From Phycisphaerae bacterium (GTDB lineage Bacteria > Planctomycetota > Phycisphaerae > SM23-33): a stretch of 64,000 nt of DNA. The notes under the pieces are model-generated. The model was given only the letters and a program-made list of their open reading frames with translations. It was not told where the DNA came from and did no database searches. Every line of letters begins with the position of its first letter. Position 1 is the stretch's first letter. This document shows positions 12,934-21,779 of this stretch, piece by piece. A program made the position numbers and the translations under genes. The stretch lies in the NCBI GenBank assembly GCA_046541875.1, contig JBKHCL010000001.1:1596-65595 (forward strand), given 5' to 3'.

Positions 12934-13863
12934 ATGCCCGTTTTCGTTGTATCCGAACCGCTCAATGAATCCAGCGTGGAATTTCTGCGCGAGCAGGGCG
13001 AGGTCATCCGCACCACGCCCGAGGACGTCTTGGACGTTATCGACCAGGCCGACGCGCTGGTCGTTCGAACCTATACGCAGGTCAACGAAGAACTGCTGGA
13101 GAAGGCGGCGAATCTCAAAGTCGTCGGCCGGGCCGGGGTTGCCCTGGAGAATATCGACATCCCCGCCTGTCGGGCCCGGGGCGTGGAGGTGGTTCACACG
13201 CCGGCTGCCAATACGCTGGCCGTGGTCGATTACACAACCCGCATGATCATCGAACTCAATCGGCGGTTCCCCACGATGGATCCGCCGGTGAGCCCCGAGG
13301 AGTTCCACCGCTCACGGAAGTTCGTCTACGGGCGGTTCCTCTCGGGTGTGACGCTGGGCATCGTCGGAGCGGGCCGAATCGGCAGCAGGGTCGGACGGGC
13401 GGCCGTCGGGCTGGGGATGGAGGTCCTCTACAACGACATTCTGGAGATCGACCTGGACTACCCAGCCGAGGCGGTCGGCAAGGAGGAACTCTACGCCCGC
13501 AGCGATATCGTGACGATCCACGTGCCGCTGACGGATCTCACCGAGAAGTTCATCGACGCCGACGCCCTGCGGATGTTCAAGGCCGGTGCGCAGTTCATCA
13601 ATTGCGCGCGCGGCCAATGCGTGAACTACAAGGACCTCGCCGAGGCGATGAAGGACGGGCAGATCGCCGCTGCCGCGATCGACTGTCACGATCCGGAACC
13701 CCCGCCGGCCGACTACCCGATGTGGGTGGTGGAGAACGCGATTCTCACTCCGCACATCGCCGCGCGCGTGCCGGACGCCGTGCAGCGCATGTGCGACGTG
13801 GTCCACGACGTGGCGAAAGTGCTCGCCGGTCAATCGCCCGACTATCCCGCCCCGAAGGAGTAG
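12934..13863 (+). CDS. D-isomer-specific 2-hydroxyacid dehydrogenase (phosphoglycerate-dehydrogenase-like)
   Basis: GAAGGGA SD before ATG 12934. GIVGAGRIGSRVG NAD-binding motif and the catalytic-domain layout. Confidence 0.85.
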   Translation: MPVFVVSEPLNESSVEFLREQGEVIRTTPEDVLDVIDQADALVVRTYTQVNEELLEKAANLKVVGRAGVALENIDIPACRARGVEVVHTPAANTLAVVDYTTRMIIELNRRFPTMDPPVSPEEFHRSRKFVYGRFLSGVTLGIVGAGRIGSRVGRAAVGLGMEVLYNDILEIDLDYPAEAVGKEELYARSDIVTIHVPLTDLTEKFIDADALRMFKAGAQFINCARGQCVNYKDLAEAMKDGQIAAAAIDCHDPEPPPADYPMWVVENAILTPHIAARVPDAVQRMCDVVHDVAKVLAGQSPDYPAPKE

Positions 13864-14035
13864 CTTCCCCGCTGCTGCACAAGGGGCAGGGAGTTGCTGT
13901 GCGCTGAGCGGCAGGGGGCGAGGGAATTTTCCGTGCGATTCTCGCGAAGAAATCGGCCGACCTGGACGTCAACAAGGGTGCGTGGGGGGAGACCGTTTGC
14001 TGTGCGGTGACGCACGCCCGTTGCCCAACGCGCAT

Positions 14036-14100
14036 AAAAAGTCGCCAGCCGACCGACTGCTGCGCAGGGGGAGACGCAACAAGCCAGGACCGGCTGGCGA
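14036..14100 (-). terminator. Intrinsic-terminator-like hairpin on the minus strand
   Basis: 10-bp stem 14042-14051/14091-14100 (tcgccagccg/cggctggcga) with a 39-nt loop. On the minus strand it is followed by C+TTTTT (plus-strand AAAAA at 14036-14040). Confidence 0.5.
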
Positions 14101-14221
14101 ACTTCGTGATGACCACCGCCTGCGATATTGGCTGCGGGCAGCGGATAACTCTCTCTTGTAGACGAGGACCTCGTCTCCCCCATTAACAGGAGATAAATAT
14201 CATATTCATTTCGTCCTGTCC
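14036..14221 (-). ncRNA. Candidate structured small RNA (~185 nt), family unknown
   Basis: Bounded by a near-consensus promoter (14228-14256) and the terminator at 14036-14100. No plausible CDS lies within it. Internal 10-nt complementarity between 14172-14181 and 14067-14076, plus a local hairpin at 14161-14175. Confidence 0.4.
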
Positions 14222-14227
14222 AGTCTG

Positions 14228-14256
14228 ATTATACGGTATTTCTTCTACTTGGGCAA
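14228..14256 (-). promoter_or_regulatory. Sigma-70-type promoter (TTGCCC-17 nt-TATAAT) on the minus strand
   Basis: Reverse complement of 14221-14260 reads cattTTGCCCaagtagaagaaataccgTATAATcagactg. The -10 box is perfect and the spacer is 17 nt. Confidence 0.45.
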
Positions 14257-14700
14257 AATGTCACCTGAACGTGAAGAAATGGCTTATGTCCATACAATGG
14301 CATTTGCCTGTGAAATCCGGGGTATTCACGGGGATTTTCGACGTAGGGTGAATGCCCTACAAGCCGGCCGCGGCACGCTGCTCTATGTGCATTTCTGGAA
14401 AGCGTTTCAGAACGGCGTCTGGGTCTGGAAAGGTCGCCGGCGGGCTATTTTGACTGGGGCATGAACCTGAAGGCAGGTTCTTTTCGTGATCGCCAAAATT
14501 CTTCCAGAATTTGTGAATCGTTTCGCGCCTGGCCACAGGCGGGGTGGTCGATGTGGGCGCGCTCTCGATGCCGATCCTTGCAAAGTTCCCGCGCCTTGGG
14601 GCATACTGATACTCGGCGCATCGGTTGCGACGAGGACCCCTGTGGCGTCGGATCCACCATTCTTTCCTCGTCGGCCGAGGCCCGGACTGGAGGCACGACG

Positions 14701-16809
14701 ATGTCACGCATGTGCGCATTGGTGAGCGGTTTGGCTGTTGTGGCGATGTTGCTCTCGCCGCTGAGCGCCGCCGAAGACGACAGCCGCGTCCTGATCCTGC
14801 TGGCGAAGGGATACAACTCCGGGGAGTTCTGGCTGCCGTACCGCACGCTGCAGGCGGCCGGGTACACCGTGGACATCGCCGGACCGGCCAAGGGGACCAT
14901 CGAAGCGGGTCGACGCAAGCGCGACCAGGACACCACCGCCAACCTCGCCCTGAAAGACGTCCAGCCGGGCAAGTACGTCGGATTGGTGATTCCCGGGGGG
15001 TACTCCCCGGGCAACCTCGAAAAGCACGCCGCCGCCCTCGACGTGGTTCGCGCCTTCGACCAGGCCGACAAACCCATCAGCGCCATCTGTCATGGTCCGC
15101 GTCTTCTCATGCGGGCCGGCGTGATGAAAACCCGCGTGGGCACCTGTCTGGTGAAGGTTAAGAACGAATTGGCCGACGACTGGAAGGCCGGCGGTTACGG
15201 CCGATACGTCGACCGGTCGGTGGTGGTCCACGAGAATTTCGTCACCAGTCGATATCCCGGTGACCTGACGCCATTCTGCCGGGCCACGCTCAAGAAACTT
15301 CACGCCGCCGGCGGACGCAAGCCGCTGACAGGTCGGCGCAACGCGGTCATCATCGCCTCCGGCTTTGACGGCCATCGCAAGTGGGTCTTCCGCGAGACGC
15401 TCAAATCGATGAACATCGACGCCGAGGTGATCTCCCCGGGCGACGTCGAAAAATTCGTGGACAAGGACGGCTTCGATGCGACGAAGGTTGCCGTCGTCGC
15501 CGTCATCGGCGAGGACGCCGACGCGCTTGCCGAAAGCGACGCGATGGCAAAGCTCGTTGACGCGATCGGACATACGCGCGATCACGGCGTGCTGCTGGAT
15601 CCCCGGCTGAAGAAGCTGCCTAAGACGGTCGACGCAGATGAGAAGACCACCGTCAACGCCGACAACGACGGCGACTGGCTGGCGGCGATCGTGACTGCCG
15701 CCGGCAAGGTCAATGCCCTGCCGGACCAGGCCGGGGACTTCACCCCGCTGGCGGCGATCGTCGTGAAGAACGGCTTCGACGACAAGCAGGTCGCCGCCGC
15801 CGAGGCGGCGCTGCGATACCTGGGCTACCGAACGACCGCGCTGGCCAATAAGAAAGGCTGGCTGGCGGGCAAGGAGGGGATTCCCCTCGAGGCCATGGAC
15901 GCCCGTCAGTGGAGCCCGCCGAAAGGGTGGATCAGCGCGAGCCTGATGTCCAAGCCGTTGCCCATCATGGCGATGGCCCCGGAGGACAAGGAGAAGCTCG
16001 AAGCGAAGGTCATCACGGCCTTGCGCACGCTTCGCCCGATCATGAGCCAGGCCCACGCCGAGGCGGTCCCGTTGAGCGAAGCGACGGCAGCGATCGCCCT
16101 GCGCAAGGGGTTCGACGGCAGGGCCGCGGTGGGCATGATGGCTGTGCTCGCCAAGCGCGGCCACAGCGTCGCCCTGGTGCATCACGAGAAGGGCAAGGTC
16201 CGCGGGATCAACGGGATCGTTCTGGAGGCCTCCGCCACGTATGACCAGGCAAAGATGGCCATGGGTAAGCCGGTAATCGTCGCTCCGGGCAGCTATTGGC
16301 CGGAAAAGACCGAGGCCCGACAGGCCGATCAGCCCAAGTGGGTCCAGGAGCAGGGCAAGAAGGATGAGGCCCGCCTGGCGTGGATTCTCAAGCAGTATGA
16401 CGGGGGCGCGACGCTGGTGACCTTCGGGCTCGACAGCCTGTCCATCGGCAAACAGCCCCGCTTCAAAGGCAAGAAATTCGCCGCCCCGGACCAGTGCGTC
16501 TGGAGCTTCGGGCGAGACGGAGGCCGATACAGCGGGGACGACGCCCGCCTCTCGACGGACCGCTTTCTCAGCTGCGAGGGCTCCGACGCCATCGGCGATC
16601 TGCTGCGCCTCGCCGACGAGAAGAAAATGCTTTTGGCGATCAAATCCATAGGCCAGGCCGATGCGAAGAGGAAGTCCGGTGAAGCTCAGGCCGCCAAGCC
16701 CGCCAAACCCAAGCCGATCAAGCTCAAGGCCAACGGTGAGTGCTACAACGTCATGGTGAAGAAGGCCGGCTACAAGGTCATGTCGATGGTTTTCCGGGAT
16801 CAGCCCTGA
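14701..16809 (+). CDS. Secreted multi-domain DJ-1/PfpI-family protein
   Basis: ATG 14701 with a signal peptide. The N-terminal domain has the AICHGP nucleophile elbow. It is followed by further degenerate Rossmann-like (DJ-1-like) modules and a Lys/Ala/Pro-rich tail. 702 aa. Confidence 0.7.
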   Translation: MSRMCALVSGLAVVAMLLSPLSAAEDDSRVLILLAKGYNSGEFWLPYRTLQAAGYTVDIAGPAKGTIEAGRRKRDQDTTANLALKDVQPGKYVGLVIPGGYSPGNLEKHAAALDVVRAFDQADKPISAICHGPRLLMRAGVMKTRVGTCLVKVKNELADDWKAGGYGRYVDRSVVVHENFVTSRYPGDLTPFCRATLKKLHAAGGRKPLTGRRNAVIIASGFDGHRKWVFRETLKSMNIDAEVISPGDVEKFVDKDGFDATKVAVVAVIGEDADALAESDAMAKLVDAIGHTRDHGVLLDPRLKKLPKTVDADEKTTVNADNDGDWLAAIVTAAGKVNALPDQAGDFTPLAAIVVKNGFDDKQVAAAEAALRYLGYRTTALANKKGWLAGKEGIPLEAMDARQWSPPKGWISASLMSKPLPIMAMAPEDKEKLEAKVITALRTLRPIMSQAHAEAVPLSEATAAIALRKGFDGRAAVGMMAVLAKRGHSVALVHHEKGKVRGINGIVLEASATYDQAKMAMGKPVIVAPGSYWPEKTEARQADQPKWVQEQGKKDEARLAWILKQYDGGATLVTFGLDSLSIGKQPRFKGKKFAAPDQCVWSFGRDGGRYSGDDARLSTDRFLSCEGSDAIGDLLRLADEKKMLLAIKSIGQADAKRKSGEAQAAKPAKPKPIKLKANGECYNVMVKKAGYKVMSMVFRDQP

Positions 16810-16864
16810 TTCCGTCGGGCCACTGGACGGCACCCACACAATCAAGACAGGAAGGAATCATCTC

Positions 16865-19800
16865 ATGAAATCGCTGCGTTTTCTCGTTTCTCTCACCGTC
16901 GTCTGGACGGTTCTCGCATGCGTCACGCCATCGGGCGCCGGGCCGAAGGACGTCGAGCACCCGTTCATCTTCATGACCAAGGCCGACGTTGCCGCCGCGA
17001 AGGAGGCCGTCGCGAACGAGCAATGGGCCAAGGACGAACTCCAGCGCGTTCGCGAGAAGCGCGGCTGGGGCCAGACCCAGCGCGACCTGCTGCTTTGGCT
17101 GGTCGCCGGCGACGAGAAGGCCCGCGACCGCCAGAAGAAATATCTCCTCAGCTACGCCGGGAAAGGCGCCGGCCGCCTGCCGTGGAGCGACAACTACCTC
17201 TCGGTGATCCGCTACGACGCCCTCTACAGCGAACTCACGCCGGCCGAGCGCGAGCGCATGCTCGCCACGTTCCGCAAGAACGCCGAATGGGCCATCAAGC
17301 ACACCCGCAGGCTCACAAAGCACAACTGGCTGCCGAACATGCAATGGCCCCGATCGTTCAGTGCCCAGATGATGGCGCTGTGCACGAAGGATGAGGATCT
17401 CATCCGCCGCGTGTTCGAGAGCCCCAACGGGTTCAAGTGGTATTTCGACCAGTACGTCTCCGACGGGTACTTCTACAACGAGGAGTTCGGCAAGCAGACC
17501 TCCATGATCGGCGAGCTGCTGCTGTGGTGTCGCGGGACGAAGAACCTCGGGCTCAACCAGTATGGCTTCGGATACACCGGCAAGGGCGGGGCGACGATGA
17601 AGAAGTACCTCCAGTCGCTGATGATCCTTGGAATGGGGCAAGTGGATCTGGGAACATCCCGCCCACACTACGCGAAACTCACCATGGGCGACGCCAAGGG
17701 CGGCCCGCACCCGGGTTACGCATTCCAGCATGCCCTGGTCAGCGGTTACCTTACCGACGGCAGCGGCGGCGAGAATCGCTGGTACGCCTCGAACATGAAC
17801 GGGCGCGACCACAAGAACCGCAAGGTCTCCAAGATGCACATGCCCATGTGGTTCGAGGTCTCCCACGCCACCTGGCCGGAGGCGCACTTCGATTACTTCC
17901 TCGCGCAGATGCGCAGCCCGAAGGACGACAAATACTACCCCTCGCTGTACTGGGGGCTGGACCCGATCGACCCCAACGAGGTCACCCCGCCGGCGGCGCC
18001 CTGCGGCGTGTACGACGAGCGGGGGCTGGTCATTCTCCGCTCGGATGAGTCCCCGAAGTTCTGGGAGAGCAGGAATTCCCTGGCCTTGGGGCTGCGACTG
18101 GCGACGCCGTATGTGCATCACGTGCCCGACAACTTCTGCCTGACGGGTTTTTACGCCCACCAGCGGCCGATTTATCTCAACCGGCAGGTCTCCGGGGGGT
18201 ACGCGGGCACCGACGCCGGCTGGAGCAATTCCGTGCGGAGTCATAACGGCGTGATGGTGGACAACCGCGAGCCGCGATCGATCGGGATCATTCCCTCGCC
18301 GCGGCGCGATTTCAACAAGCACGTGAAATTCGTCGCCGCCCGCGGCAAGGGCGTCTATCCGGACGTGGACATGACGCGGGCCCTGATGCTCACCGGCGAG
18401 TACCTCTTCGACGTCTACGCGCTGAAGAGCGATCGGCCTCGGAGCTACCTCTGGAGCGCCCACACGCTGGGGCACCTCTGTCCGCAGCGGCCGACCGACT
18501 GGGCCAAAACGCGACAGCTCATCGGCAGCGTATTCGATCTGACCGGCGAGCGGTCTTACACGCCGGGCGAGAAGCAGTGGACGGTGACGGCCTACCAGAC
18601 CTCGGCCGGCGCTCCGCGTCACAGCGGGCTGGGTGAGAGCTGGTTCAAACGTCGCGTGGGTGTGCGTATGACCATGCTCGGGGAGATAGGCACGACCGCC
18701 TACACCGCCATCGCCCCCGCGACGGCCGGCGCGAAGTTCCGCATCCGCCGCAGTGCCGACGAACCGGGCGGGGCGAGCATCCTCGCCCACCGCACCGCGA
18801 AGCAAACGATGTTCGTGGCGGTGCACGAGCCCTACGAAGACACCCATCGGATCCGAGACATCCAACGCATCGCCCGGACCGACGACGCGGTAGCTGTGGC
18901 GATCCGAGGCGATGGCTGGACCGACATCCTGGCCGTTCGCATCGGCGACGATGCCAATGAGCTCATCGAACTGAAACGCGGGCCGTATCGGCTGAGCTTC
19001 CGCAACTATGCGTACGTCCGCATGACGCCATCGAAGCTGTCGGCCACCGGCGGGCTTGTGAAGGGGCATTTTCCCTGGACGGGCAAGGGCACGCCGGCCG
19101 TCATGCTGAACGGATCGAGGGAGCGGAGCTACCTTCGCGACGGGATGATCTACGTGGACCTCAAGCCGGCCGGCGAGAAACACGGCCCTGCCATTCTCAC
19201 CTCGAAAGGGCAGGTCGGTCCGATCGCGTCCCGGTGGTTCCCGCGTCAGGTGGCCTTCAAGACCGGCGGGTCGGCGAAGGCCACACTCACGCTTCGCAAC
19301 ATCGGGTCTCAGCCGGCCGACGCGACGGTGGCCGTTTCCGCCGGGGATGGGCTGTCCTGCGAGCCGAGCGTGGTCGAACTCGACGCACTCGCCCCGGGCG
19401 CCGAGAAGCGTGTTCAGGTCATCGTCTCGGGCGACAAGACGCAGGCCAACCGTCTCCAGACGATCCGCACGTGGAGCGAGGAGGGCGACGTGCCGGTTCA
19501 GCCGGCGGAGCTCACCGTCGCCCACGGCGTGTCGGTCGTGTGGCGGCAGGTCTGGCCGAGGGATTTCTCGCGGACCGTCTACGCCCCGCGCTACACCGCC
19601 CGGTACGACTACATGAAGCAGACCAACGCCGCGATGCTCCTGGACCCATCCGGGCGGGACCACACCCTCGCCCGTCGCGGCGGCGGGCCGTTGCCCAAGC
19701 TCTACCGGGCTCAGCCGGACCCGAAGAAGAAGGGCGATTGGGACGTGGATCGCGTGGAGGTTCACGGGTTCCGGGCGTTCAAGCCGAGGCTGGAGAAGGG

Positions 19801-20299
19801 CGGTCCGGGCGGCAATCCATTCCTCGCGGACATGGGTCGACACCCCCACGGGTACGCCTCGCAGTTCGAGTACCGCTTCACCGAGCCGTGGATCGACATC
19901 CGTCGGCGCGGCGGCAAGGCCGATGAGTGGATCTGCTTCGACTGGCGCAGCGAGGTGAGGGTGAAGTCCGATGCCCTGAAGGAGAAGTACCCCGAGCGGC
20001 TGTTGGTGTGCGACGGCAAGAAGGTCGAGTCGGCCACCGACAGCAAAGGCAGGGCCCGATTGAGCGACGATCTCTCCCCGCGTGCGGTCTTCCAGAGACC
20101 CGCCGGCGTGGAGTTCGGGCGGGTGATGCTCTACCCGGCCGGGACGAAGGTTATCGACGGGCAGGTGTTCCAGAAGGCCTCCGAGCCGATGGCGTTCACC
20201 TTCTGCCGTGAGGAAGAGTTCGCGAACATCGTCGAGCAGTGGCTCTCCAGCGACGGACGAGTGAAGATCCAGCCGTGGGGGCAGGGCGACATGCACTGA
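16865..20299 (+). CDS. Large secreted heparinase II/III-like / alginate-lyase-like protein
   Basis: ATG 16865, signal peptide, 1144 aa. The N-terminal helical toroid-like region (...WLPNMQW...YFYNEEFGKQ...) resembles heparinase II/III and PL17-type lyases. This is a recalled, moderate similarity. Confidence 0.5.
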   Translation: MKSLRFLVSLTVVWTVLACVTPSGAGPKDVEHPFIFMTKADVAAAKEAVANEQWAKDELQRVREKRGWGQTQRDLLLWLVAGDEKARDRQKKYLLSYAGKGAGRLPWSDNYLSVIRYDALYSELTPAERERMLATFRKNAEWAIKHTRRLTKHNWLPNMQWPRSFSAQMMALCTKDEDLIRRVFESPNGFKWYFDQYVSDGYFYNEEFGKQTSMIGELLLWCRGTKNLGLNQYGFGYTGKGGATMKKYLQSLMILGMGQVDLGTSRPHYAKLTMGDAKGGPHPGYAFQHALVSGYLTDGSGGENRWYASNMNGRDHKNRKVSKMHMPMWFEVSHATWPEAHFDYFLAQMRSPKDDKYYPSLYWGLDPIDPNEVTPPAAPCGVYDERGLVILRSDESPKFWESRNSLALGLRLATPYVHHVPDNFCLTGFYAHQRPIYLNRQVSGGYAGTDAGWSNSVRSHNGVMVDNREPRSIGIIPSPRRDFNKHVKFVAARGKGVYPDVDMTRALMLTGEYLFDVYALKSDRPRSYLWSAHTLGHLCPQRPTDWAKTRQLIGSVFDLTGERSYTPGEKQWTVTAYQTSAGAPRHSGLGESWFKRRVGVRMTMLGEIGTTAYTAIAPATAGAKFRIRRSADEPGGASILAHRTAKQTMFVAVHEPYEDTHRIRDIQRIARTDDAVAVAIRGDGWTDILAVRIGDDANELIELKRGPYRLSFRNYAYVRMTPSKLSATGGLVKGHFPWTGKGTPAVMLNGSRERSYLRDGMIYVDLKPAGEKHGPAILTSKGQVGPIASRWFPRQVAFKTGGSAKATLTLRNIGSQPADATVAVSAGDGLSCEPSVVELDALAPGAEKRVQVIVSGDKTQANRLQTIRTWSEEGDVPVQPAELTVAHGVSVVWRQVWPRDFSRTVYAPRYTARYDYMKQTNAAMLLDPSGRDHTLARRGGGPLPKLYRAQPDPKKKGDWDVDRVEVHGFRAFKPRLEKGGPGGNPFLADMGRHPHGYASQFEYRFTEPWIDIRRRGGKADEWICFDWRSEVRVKSDALKEKYPERLLVCDGKKVESATDSKGRARLSDDLSPRAVFQRPAGVEFGRVMLYPAGTKVIDGQVFQKASEPMAFTFCREEEFANIVEQWLSSDGRVKIQPWGQGDMH

Positions 20300-20452
20300 C
20301 CGATCGGGTATAGTGTTTCGGTAAGAGTTTGGCTGCAGGAGGTTTGGGAACGTCGCGGCGGCCAGGCCGACCGCGACGCTCGGCGGCGAGGAGAGCGGAG
20401 AGTTTTTTCGCGAACGTGACTAACGTGGTAACGGAAGTGGTGTCCATCCCCC

Positions 20453-21052
20453 ATGAAGCGTGAAGCCGACGGTCCGGAGGCGGGTCTGGAAGACGCCCGC
20501 TGCGTGCAGCAGGTGCTCGCCGGCGACGCCTCGGCGTTCGATCCGCTGGTGAAACGCTACCAGCGCCGGGCCATGGCGGTGTCCTATCGGCTGTTGAATG
20601 ACCGCGACGACGCCATGGAGGTCACGCAGGACGCATTTTTGAAGGCGTTCGACAAACTGGAAAGCCTCACCAAGCCCGAACGCTTCGGAAGCTGGCTGCT
20701 GCGGATTGTCTCGAACCTGTCGCTGAACAAGCGCCGGCGCCGGGCCCTGCGGCGGACCGCGTCGCTGGATGTCGCAGGCGACGAGGATGACACCTCACGA
20801 GGAGAGCAGCAGACCGACACCCGGGAGGACCTCCCGGACGAGGTCACCAGCGGGGCCGAGGCCAGGGAGATTCTGGACCGCGAGCTCCAGAAGCTCCCGG
20901 AGAAGCAACGCCGGGCGCTGGTGCTGTTCAGCATGGAGAAGCTGCCCCAGAAAGAGGTGGCCGAACTGCTGGAGATCAGTGTGGAAGCAGTGAAATGGCA
21001 TGTCTTTACGGCACGGAAGAAGTTGAAGGAACGCATGCGGGAGTATCTCTAG
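20453..21052 (+). CDS. ECF-type RNA polymerase sigma-70 family factor
   Basis: Region 2 is ...YQRRAMAVSYRLLNDRDDAMEVTQDAFLKAF.... Region 4 is ...LPEKQRRALVLFSMEKLPQKEVAELLEISVEAVKWHVFTARKKL.... Confidence 0.9.
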   Translation: MKREADGPEAGLEDARCVQQVLAGDASAFDPLVKRYQRRAMAVSYRLLNDRDDAMEVTQDAFLKAFDKLESLTKPERFGSWLLRIVSNLSLNKRRRRALRRTASLDVAGDEDDTSRGEQQTDTREDLPDEVTSGAEAREILDRELQKLPEKQRRALVLFSMEKLPQKEVAELLEISVEAVKWHVFTARKKLKERMREYL

Positions 21053-21092
21053 GACCCCGCGACGCCACCCGGTGGCGGATGGAGCGAACACG

Positions 21093-21722
21093 ATGAATGA
21101 CAGTGAGAACAACCAGACCCACAATCAACTGCCCGGTCCGGACGACCTGGATCGGCTGATGCAGGAATATGTCGACGGCACGCTGGAAGGCCGACGTCTC
21201 AGAGAGTTCGAGCGGAGACTCGAAAACGACGAGTCCCTGCGCGGTGAGTTGGAGGCGTACTCGGCCCTGGCCAGGCAAATCGAGGCGGAACTGGACCGCG
21301 ACGTGCCCGGGGTGGACTACGAGGCGATGCGTGCGGACATTCTCGCCGCCGTCGAGCGGAAGGTGATCATGCAGGGCCCGTCCCACTCTCGTCTGCTGCG
21401 CTGGCGACCGATGGTGGGCGGCTTGGCGGCAGCGGCAGCGATCGTGCTGGCGGTGAGCGTCTGGCTGGTGGTGTCCACCCCGTCGCAGACCAACGTGGGC
21501 GTCGAGCAGGCGAGCGTGTCGATGGTGCCCGCAGCCCCCGAGCAGGGCGGCGAGGAATTTGTTTCGGTCTCGCTGGCTGAGCCCCAGTGGGACCAGGTTG
21601 TGCTTTCGCCCGAGGCGGCGTTTGACTCCCCCGAAGACCTTCCGGCAGGGACGGTGATGGTTTCGGTCGGCGAGGAGTCCGCCGACAGCGCGGCGCTGGA
21701 GTATCCGATTCTCGTTCACTGA
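21093..21722 (+). CDS. Putative anti-sigma factor (single-pass membrane protein)
   Basis: Lies immediately downstream of the ECF sigma gene. GGAG sits 9 nt before ATG 21093. Has an N-terminal helical YVDGTLEG...F..RL anti-sigma-like segment and a TM helix GGLAAAAAIVLAVSVWLVV. Confidence 0.6.
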   Translation: MNDSENNQTHNQLPGPDDLDRLMQEYVDGTLEGRRLREFERRLENDESLRGELEAYSALARQIEAELDRDVPGVDYEAMRADILAAVERKVIMQGPSHSRLLRWRPMVGGLAAAAAIVLAVSVWLVVSTPSQTNVGVEQASVSMVPAAPEQGGEEFVSVSLAEPQWDQVVLSPEAAFDSPEDLPAGTVMVSVGEESADSAALEYPILVH

Positions 21723-21779
21723 TCCGAATTCGCCCGCCAGTGAGTCCGGCGGGCTTCCTGAAAGGATGGAATCATCTCG

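Noticed and set aside
11215-13308. 697-aa minus-strand ORF
   Set aside because: It is antisense to the TPR and dehydrogenase genes, has shadow-ORF composition, and shows no motifs.
14258-14464. 68-codon plus-strand ORF in the AT-rich spacer
   Set aside because: It has no Shine-Dalgarno sequence, an atypical composition for this genome and no recognisable family. It overlaps the region better explained as promoter or ncRNA.
14704-20296. 713-aa and 1172-aa minus-strand ORFs (14704-16845 and 16778-20296)
   Set aside because: They mirror the DJ-1 and lyase-like genes. They are rich in Arg, Gly, Val and His repeats and have no signal peptides or domains.
20347-20371. ECF-type autoregulatory promoter (GGAAC-N16-CGAC) upstream of the sigma gene
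   Set aside because: The -10 element is poor, and such matches are expected by chance in GC-rich DNA. It is not called as a feature.
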